Below, one piece after another: positions 56,401-64,000 of a stretch of DNA of 64,000 bases. The notes under the pieces are model-generated. The model was not told where the DNA came from. It did not search any database and saw only the letters and a list, made by a program, of their open reading frames with translations. Numbering within the stretch: position 1 is the stretch's first letter; the number at the start of each line of letters is the position of its first letter. Position numbers and translations under genes: made by a program. The stretch is from Macrostomum lignano (lineage: Eukaryota): contig NIVC01002217.1 of NCBI GenBank assembly GCA_002269645.1, positions 77,099 through 141,098 of the forward strand. Direction: 5' to 3'.

Positions 56401-59400
56401 TGCAGCGATGCCCGCATGCCGCAGCAGACGGTGCAGCAGCAGCACGTAGTTGATGCCGCGGCCCTCCCTGATGCAGCGGATGTAGTGCAGCGGATCCTCC
56501 TGCGTGGTCTCGGCGCCTTCAAGCAGCGCATCAACCCGACGATTGCCGGTGGTCACCGCCATCCAGCGGAACAGGACTCGGACTGCTTCTAGTTCGGTGC
56601 TCACCTGGGGAGGAGGCGATTTGGCATCATCATTGCTATATAGTTGCTATATAGTTACCATATAGTTACTGCGTCTTTTGAGTTTCAGCTCGTGTTACTC
56701 GTATACGAGTATATAGCTATCTCCGCAAAGTGCTGTGATGTGGCCATTGGGATCTTTAGGATGCCGATAGTGAGTGCCACACCCTAGTCATCGTGTGCTC
56801 TGTTAATTCACATAGGATCTAAAGAGTTATTATAATACTTCTTTAGAATTGAAGAGTGACCAGAGAGTGAAGAGTGACCAGAGAGTGAAGAGTGACCAGA
56901 GAGTGAAGAGTGACCAGAGAGTGAAGAGTGACCAGAGAGTGAAGAGTGACCAGAGAGTGAAGAGTGACCAGAGAGTGAAGAGTGACCAGAGAGTGAAGAG
57001 TGACCAGAGAGTGAAGAGTGACCAGAGAGTGAAGAGTGACCAGAGAGTGAAGAGTGACCAGAGAGTGAAGAGTGACCAGAGAGTGAAGAGTGACCAGAGA
57101 GTGAAGAGTGACCAGAGAGTGAAGAGTGACCAGAAAGTGAAGAGTGACCAGAGAGGGAAGAGTGACCAGAGAGTGAAGAGTGACCAGAGAGTAAAGAGTG
57201 ATCAGAGAGTAAAGAGTGATCAGAGAGTGAAGAGTGACCAGAGAGTGAAGAATGAACAGAGAGTAAAGAGGGACAACAGAGTGAAAAGTGACCAGAGAGT
57301 GAAGAGTGACCAGAGAGGGAAGAGTAACTAAAGAGTGAAGAGTGACAACAGAGTGAAAAGTGACCAGAGAGTGAAGAGTGACCAGAGAGGGAAGAGTAAC
57401 TAGAGAGTGAAGAGTGACTAGAGAGTGAACAGTGACCAGAGAGTGAAGAGAGACGAGAGAGGGAAGAGTAACTAAAGAGTGAAGAGTGACTAGAGAGTGA
57501 ACAGTGACCAGAGAGTGAAGAGTGACCAATCTTGCTGTCGAAAGAGTAATGGAAAAGTGAGTTACTTATCTAGGGCCTGAAGTCAAAGTGGAGAGTGTGT
57601 TAAGTTATGAAGAGTGACCACATGGTGACAGTGACTCATCTATTAAAATCCAGAGTTAGGAGTGGATTTTGTATAATCCAGTGCCAGGCTGATTCCCATC
57701 TTCACCTGGTCGCACAGGTGGCCAACCAGGACGTCGAACCCGGCTCCGGCAACCTCCAGCGGCGTTGCGTCGGCTATCGCGTCGGCCCTGGCCAGCAGCT
57801 CGGGCGCCACCAGCGTCTCCTTGTCCGTCAGTGGCGGCCGGCGCTCCTCCTCGTTCTCTATCAGTGCGAATCTGCCCTGCTTGGCCGCTTCGGCCTGGTA
57901 GACTCGCTGCATGGACTGCAGGTACTGCGGCGTCACGTAGTCCTCCTGGTCAGGTGACAGAGCGAACCGGTCTAGCGGGATTTCGCCCGCGCCGAACTCG
58001 TAGTCCTCCGGGCCTGTCGGGCTGCAAGAGAGATTTTTGGAGGGGACCGAAGGGGTCACAGATACTAAACCACTGCATTGATAGGCCTGTACTCCCTCAC
58101 TAAATAATGATACTTTCTCCCGGACGTCTCTCTATAGCGTTTTAGTGGACATCAAGTTAAGCGCAAGTTTAAGGTTCTGAGTTTTCTCTGATTGTAGCTC
58201 GTATGGTTGAAACTGACAGACCTGCGACGCCTCATCGCAAACTCAGACTGCAGTTATTCGCAATAAATACGAGATTCGTTGAAAATAAGGCTAGACTAAA
58301 TGCTGCTGTCTTGGCATTGCATAGACAGTGGTTGAATACATGTAGGCACATGCTGCATGTACCTCAGAACCTTGTCTTCCACCTCGGAGGGAGTCGGTCA
58401 GCGGTAAACGCGTCTGATTCTCACGCTTACGACGTAGCTGGTTTGAGCGGTCACTTTTCATTTGGGGCTTGTGCACTAAAAGCTGGCCGATTTACACGAC
58501 AGGAGGGCCAACCCCAAAAGCAGAGAGTGTACATGACGGAAGATTAGACAGTCAGGTCCGCTGTACACCCTGTGTGAGCGAGTGTAGTGTTAACTACCTA
58601 GTTTAGTGTTAACTACCTACCTCTAGTGTGGTAGTGTCAAAAACACCTTTTTCTCCATCATCAAATGGCTTAAAAACTGAATTCTTAACACGCCGTCCAA
58701 GAGAACAAGCAGGTCCACTTTCATTTCAATAACTCGAGCTTATCCGGTCATCCGGATATTCGTTGAATCGTTGCACTTATTTTTACACTTTGATTGCTCA
58801 TAACTTTAGCAGCAGCTTTAGTTGCAGCAGCTAGGATTCAACCACAGACATTTCCCTTTGCGATGATGAATTCTCGCCAAAGACTTACTATTCGTCATCG
58901 CCGTCCCCTCCAGCGTTGCCGAAGGCGTCCACAGCGACAGTGTCATTGTCCAGTATGCGGACTCCGGCTACGCCGCCGCCGCTGTCGGGTCGACTAGAAT
59001 TGCAGCCCATTTAGCTGAGCATGTCGCTCAAGTTCAGATCAAACTTCAAGTTCAGATCGCGGCCGAGACTCTATTATTACAGCTGATTTATGAGTCACAT
59101 GGTGGTCCCGCAGCTCAGTTGTTGCTAAGGTAGAATGGGTCGCTGCGCACACTATTGCCGCCAGTCTTTTTCATCTCTCCATTTCTGGACAGCAATCTCT
59201 TTTACTCTCTTGCATCTACCCAGAGTCCAAGCAATAGGAGCGCGGTGTGCAACCGTACCGTACTTTGAGCTTTAAAAGTGGATGGAAATAACTCAAGTAG
59301 CGCACCACTGTGCGTTGGCTCATGTGTGTAGGTGTGCGTATAATGCGAACCGCCTTTCTACGGTATAGGGTCTTTCAAACGGGTAGAGAGAGAGCTGAGT

Positions 59401-62400
59401 TTTCAGCTGCTCTCAAAGTGGCATTTCTATTATATCCACAGCTAGTTCTCTAATCAAAAAGCAATATAGTAGGAGGGTTTCAACTTAAGCGCCAAAATGG
59501 AACCCGAAGTTGTCGGGCTAGTTGACTATAGAAATGCCCAAGATTGAAAGAGATTGAGTTTGAACCAGATAAAGTGAAGCATGCGTGTATTGAGGCATAC
59601 ATGTAGCTTGGTTTTAAAGCTAGCTGACAAAACGTAGGTTTCGCCACGGACAATTTCATATGTAAACAGTTTATAGCATATCTGTTGCTCATCTGAACAT
59701 ATCTCTCTTTGTGCTTTTAGCTTCATCAAACATTTGGCCATAGACAAAAGAGCATTTAAACGAAACAAGTTGAATCTGCTACGTGGGTTACTGACTTCTG
59801 GTTCAATGAAGAATTGGAACATAGACTACAAAACCGTTTTTAATTTGATTTTGGTGAAAGACACCATTTTTGTGCCATGACCTTTTTGCCCCTTCTCCCA
59901 TAAAATGGTCATAGACATATCCGGATATTTTAAGCCCGCTTGCATCGAACACAGACATATCCGGATATTTAAGCCCGCTTGCATCGAACACAGACATATC
60001 CGGATATTTAAGCCCGCTTGCATCGAACACAGACATATCCGGATATTTAAGCCCGCTTGCATCGAACACAAGTCTAATTCAAAAAAAGTTCATTAGAGTC
60101 AAATCTGCGGGCAGTTCAACAAACAGTTTCGCTTGCAAACAACGGCGGAGCATTAAAACACAATTTTCAGTACTGAGCCACTTTAATCAATTCAAATGTC
60201 ACGCTGTCCTACTAACGTGCTAACAGTCTGGTCTTTTTTGACTCTCTTGTGACGTGATCATTTGCCTCTCATGACTCGCTTGACTGGCTGACAATGACAA
60301 CCTATTTTGTTGTTGTTGACTTTACAGCGGAGGCCTTCTCTAAATTAGCAATCTGCAGATGTCTCGTCCATTTCAGTAATCTCCGTTACATTGAGATGAT
60401 TCTTGAGTGAACAGTTAAAAGTCCGTTAAATTACGGCATAGCCGATTCCTTGTTCGGTCCAACAGATTGACGAGTCGCGAACTCCAATTAATCGGTGTTT
60501 GCTCCAGCTATCTCTCCTTCCACGATACCACTACAGTTTAAAGTCATTGTCTTCAGAGTCAAACCGGTTTACTAGTTATGCATGTTCACTCTCATTACCC
60601 AAGCCAGATATATATATATGAAATTTTGTCTATTGGTTAGAATCCGAGGCCTTCGCGCACACCCCAGCGGGGGCTCTGCCAGCTCTTCAACATTCTCTCC
60701 CAGATTTGTTGAAGAAAAAATGTCTACGGCGAAATAACAATAATACCCCTAATATATGCTCGTACTATAGCAATTTTCATTTTAGGAAGTTAAGCATTCA
60801 ATTTAAGACACGGCCAACAATATGACCAACACCGTGTATTGGGGAGAGAATTGAATTTAAGACATCGATCAGTTGAACTCAGAGTTTAAACTCAAACTCA
60901 CAATTGCGTATTTTATAACGCAGAAAGCGAACAATAAAAGTGAGTTAGCATTTTGGATGCACTTATGCAAACTGTAATTATGACTAAACTGTTCAGACCA
61001 CATGTGTGCTCAATCAGATGCTTTCACGGCCAAGCAACCGGCAGGAAGCGCAGTGTGCGAGCAAACCAGACTGCACTCTGCAGTGCCATGGAGCGAAAAT
61101 CCTGTAGATTGATTTCGTCTGGTGAACTCTCCAGCTCCATTTGCACGGGGGCATGAATTGTCTGAATTTAACTGCTAGCTAGCTGTCCTAAATTCAATGC
61201 TCTGCCTGTGCCATAGACCATGTACGCCATACGGTGTTTTGACCATAGACGATAGTAGCAACGGATTGAACGATTGGCAGTGTCTTAAACTACGAGCGCA
61301 TATTCTAAAGAACACTTTAAAACAATCCCATCGGTTTTTATCATTAGTAGTCTACGAGTATACTCGCATGCACATAGTCCACCATTTTGTGAACATGCTG
61401 TAGTTCAGACAACTGTTGGGGTATCTGAGTTTGCCAATCTAATACATTAGCGAAGGAAGAGTTGGTGAAAACTCCAGTTCCAGCTTAGGAGAGCAACCTG
61501 CGAATTTCTAGTCGGTTTGCTCCGCAGCTGTACTTCAGGTTCCATTCTAAGTTGACACCCTTATCTCTCCGATATGCACCTGAATATTGTACCAAATAGA
61601 TCCCCGAGTGGCCGCTGAAACAATAAAAGTAACGAAATCAAAACAACATGACACATCATTTTCATCCAAAAAAAGATTTTAAAAACTGAGCTGAGGAGAT
61701 ATATTTTTGAGCAAGATCCGCTCAAGTAACTGTTTTTTTACCAATATGGACTTTTGAGACCAAAACGGTCAATAACAATTTGATTGGAAAAAACAAATAA
61801 AGTACAAACCAGTACAAAACGTAACAAAAACAAAGGTGCATTGAATGTAGGGAGCTTGATAAAGAGGAGCATAAAAGCAGGTGCACGCCAAATGCATAAA
61901 CCTGGGGCTGCAGTTCTAAAGGCAGTTGATTATTAATACACAAATACAACCTAAACAGGAAATTAAGACTCGATACATGAGACCCATCGTAACCGATGCC
62001 AAGTGTTAGTTGCTATGGAAACAGAACACTGAGAAATACTCGAAGCTCCCTAGATAACTGCAACTAGCGAGGAAATATTGATTAGCAAAGGCGATAAATT
62101 GCATAGATAAATAGTCATTGAAGTAAGAAAACTTCTGGAAGGGAGGCTTGTGAACTTCAAGGACCACAACTTTTAAACTTGGTAGCTGAAAAAACAGTAA
62201 AGAAAAATGTGGTAACCGATAACAAAAGTAACTAAAAAGAGAGCCAAAGCTTCAAGCTGAAAAAATCACTCAATCCAAATTATGAAATGTCCATCAATCA
62301 GTTAAATCGAAACTACCTGACAGTCTGTCCAAAGTGATAATAAAGCCGGATTGAACCTCACTTGTTTTTGTGATTGTTCTGACGACGGGAGCGCTTCTTT

Positions 62401-63718
62401 TTCTTCTTTTGCTGATTCTTGTCTTGCTGCTCCAGCGAATCTCCAGGTTCGTCAGTCGGCTTCACTCGCTCTTCCTCCGTGGGCTCTTCTTCCTTGGGTT
62501 CATCCGCCTTCGGCTGTTCAAGCTGCTTCGCCATCCGACCATCACGCTCGGCAGCCTCGTACAGTTTGATCTTGCGTTTCAATTCCTCGTATTCCTGCTG
62601 CAACTGCTCCCCTTTGAGGTTGGCGGCATCCAGCTTGGCTCTCAGCCTATTTCGCCTACTGTTTTCCGCCGCGGCCATGGCGTGCACTGATATGTAGCGC
62701 AGCTTTTCGGCCGCCAATTTCTCGGCAGCCAGCCGGCACTGGCGCCAAGCGAACTTTGTATCCAGGCGTATGTTCTCCAATTTGACGGCTCTGGCGTCAT
62801 CTACCAGCTGCATTAGGCGCCTGGCTCTGTCGCTCTTTAGGGGAAAAATTCAGTAGTGTACTGGGCAATGCTCAGCAATGGTAGATTCAAAGCACAATAT
62901 AAGAAAGAAATCATTTTAGAGTACGAGCTGGGAGCTGAATCTCACCAGCCAGATGGGAGGCTGTGACATCCTCAGAATCCCACCAGCCAGATGGAGAGGC
63001 TGTGACATCCTCAGAATCCCACCAGCCAGATGGAGAGGCTGTGACATCTTCTGAATCTCACCAGCCAGATGGAGAGGCTGTGACATCCTCATATCCCACC
63101 AGCCAGATGGAGAGGCTGTGACATCCTCTGAATCCCACCCAGCCAGATGGAGAGGCTGTGACATCCTCAGAATCCCACCAGCCAGATGGAGAGGCTGTGA
63201 CATCCTCTGAATCCCACCAGCCAGATGGAGAGGCTGTGACATCCTCTGAATCCCACCCAGCCAGATGGAGAGGCTGTGACATCCTCTGAATCTCACCAGC
63301 CAGATGGAGAGGCTGTGACATCTTCTGAATCTCACCAGCCAGATGGAGAGGCTGTGACATCCTCAGAATCCTATCAGCCAAAGAGATGGAGAAGACATAC
63401 AGGTACCTATAGTCAACTATTCCGCCAATCGACTAATTCTAGGAAACTCACTTCTGTCGGATTTTCCGGCAGCTGCCTGACTGGCGGGCGCGCGTACCCT
63501 GGCTCGCCAAGTAAAACTCGTATGTAGGCAGCCCGGTTGTGAAGACTGTCAATGATCTTTTGGGTCACTTCAACGCTTTTCTCCCAAGTAGCCGGCGGCG
63601 CGTTGGGATCTTCGGAGAGTAATCCCAGCTCGATGAGTCCGCTCTTAACGGCCGGAGACAGATGGCTGGTGTCCGGCATGGTCCTTGGTACTGGGTTATC
63701 GCAACTTGTTGAGCTCAT
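47461..63718 (-). CDS. KY (kyphoscoliosis peptidase)/Hillarin-like transglutaminase-fold protein, ~1458 aa, 14 exons, probably catalytically inactive
   Basis: Minus-strand exons, all GT/AG and phase-consistent, totalling 4377 nt: 63452-63718, 62362-62834, 58889-58993, 57706-58021, 56398-56604, 55227-55367, 53994-54824, 53240-53775, 52557-52932, 51534-51788, 50487-50727, 49350-49642, 48682-48870, 47461-47607. Motifs AVRVLFRWMA, LLRHAGIAAEVVGGVTKG, WLAVLVEGQWRLIDPIW, EFYFLTDP...HFPYDPRWQLLPRPISLEEF are characteristic of the KY/Hillarin group. Followed by repeated beta-rich segments, a coiled coil and a helical tail. Confidence 0.87.
47660..48675. repeat. 17-18-bp intronic minisatellite
   Basis: Unit GACAGCTTGACCCACAG(A/G), ~57 copies, abutting the donor at 48676-48681. 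Confidence 0.96.
49033..49297 (-). mobile_element. Second copy of the tRNA-derived SINE, with an internal deletion in the tRNA head
   Basis: Near-identical reverse complement of the 33729-34000 body (CCCATTTTACAGCTGGGTGAACTGAAGCAATGCAGAGTTAA; GATGCGCCGCGCAAT). The head lacks the segment between the A and B boxes. Confidence 0.88.
49775..50455. repeat. 21-22-bp intronic minisatellite
   Basis: Unit GGTCATGCTTGATTTCAGTTG with variants, ~31 copies. Confidence 0.96.
50880..51410. repeat. Four diverged ~140-170-bp repeats
   Basis: TGTACAGTCAAGGGGTAGAG..AACGAATGTACATC recurs at ~50887, ~51027, ~51188 and ~51360. Confidence 0.85.
51830..52490. repeat. Purine-rich 19-24-bp intronic minisatellite
   Basis: Units GAAGGGAGCGAATCCAAAT / GAAGGGAGAGAAACTCCAAAT. 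Confidence 0.93.
55460..56340. repeat. 30-bp intronic minisatellite
   Basis: Unit GGCTACAGAAGATTGGGTGACGGTGTTGGA, ~29 copies. Confidence 0.97.
56852..57530. repeat. 18-bp intronic minisatellite
   Basis: Unit GAGAGTGAAGAGTGACCA, ~37 copies, homogeneous at the left and degenerate at the right. Confidence 0.97.
59912..60070. repeat. 39-bp tandem repeat (4 copies)
   Basis: Unit AGACATATCCGGATATTTAAGCCCGCTTGCATCGAACAC, containing the palindrome ATATCCGGATAT. Confidence 0.95.
62940..63375. repeat. 38-39-bp intronic minisatellite
   Basis: Unit CCAGCCAGATGGAGAGGCTGTGACATCCTCTGAATCCCA, ~11 copies. Confidence 0.96.
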
Positions 63719-64000
63719 TTTTAACAGCGAATTCTTGGATAATAACGTGCCTGAAACATGGATTCATGAGAATTGAATGAGCCATAACTGGAAGCGGACA
63801 CAGGTTCTTGCAAATAGTTTATTTTATATAACTAAGGTAGCTATAATGTATAAAGTATAAAGCCTAAAGTATCTTTTATATAAAGTAGCCTTAATTAGCA
63901 CAAGTCTCTAATGATTATTTTAACATTTAACATTTAAAGATTTAACATACTATTTTAACACAGGAACAACAAACATGCAAAAGTGCTATCACTTGTTGAG

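Noticed and set aside
55438-56592. 384-aa Gly/Tyr/Arg-rich repeat protein (GDGVGGYRRL)n resembling an adhesive or structural protein
   Set aside because: It arises from a 30-bp intronic minisatellite that is open in several frames on both strands because the period is a multiple of 3. It has no ATG start or signal peptide and is antisense to a well-supported gene.
17205-63375. CRISPR-like arrays suggested by the many 20-39-bp repeats
   Set aside because: Units are head-to-tail with no unique spacers, there are no cas genes, and the context is eukaryotic introns.

Overview
Eukaryotic (metazoan) genomic DNA, not prokaryotic: GC-rich exons, GT-AG introns, and nearly every intron filled with its own minisatellite. 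The style resembles a free-living flatworm such as Macrostomum (inference from composition only). Contents, left to right: (1) a frameshifted, 3'-truncated Ty3/Gypsy gag-pol; (2) MITE/hAT-like nested DNA elements and a ~5 kb block almost devoid of CpG; (3) two tandem paralogous putative RNA-binding genes (intronless 1292 aa at 11080-14958; 7-exon ~981 aa at 18199-26569) sharing an N-terminal domain and an unrecognised RRM + Cys/His module ('WNL...RF...CxxPP..FPCHNLxxW...PFxCxCHP') present three times, the best candidate here for an undescribed system; (4) a 5-exon goliath/RNF130/RNF150-like PA-TM-RING E3 ligase gene; (5) a LINE remnant and two copies of a tRNA-derived SINE; (6) two single-exon ORFs with no family I recognise (162 aa and 615 aa); (7) a 14-exon minus-strand gene (~1458 aa) encoding a KY/Hillarin-like transglutaminase-fold pseudo-enzyme with a dynein-stalk-like C-terminus. 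Exon models were built by hand from splice signals and reading-frame phase; family calls are from motif recognition, not database searches.
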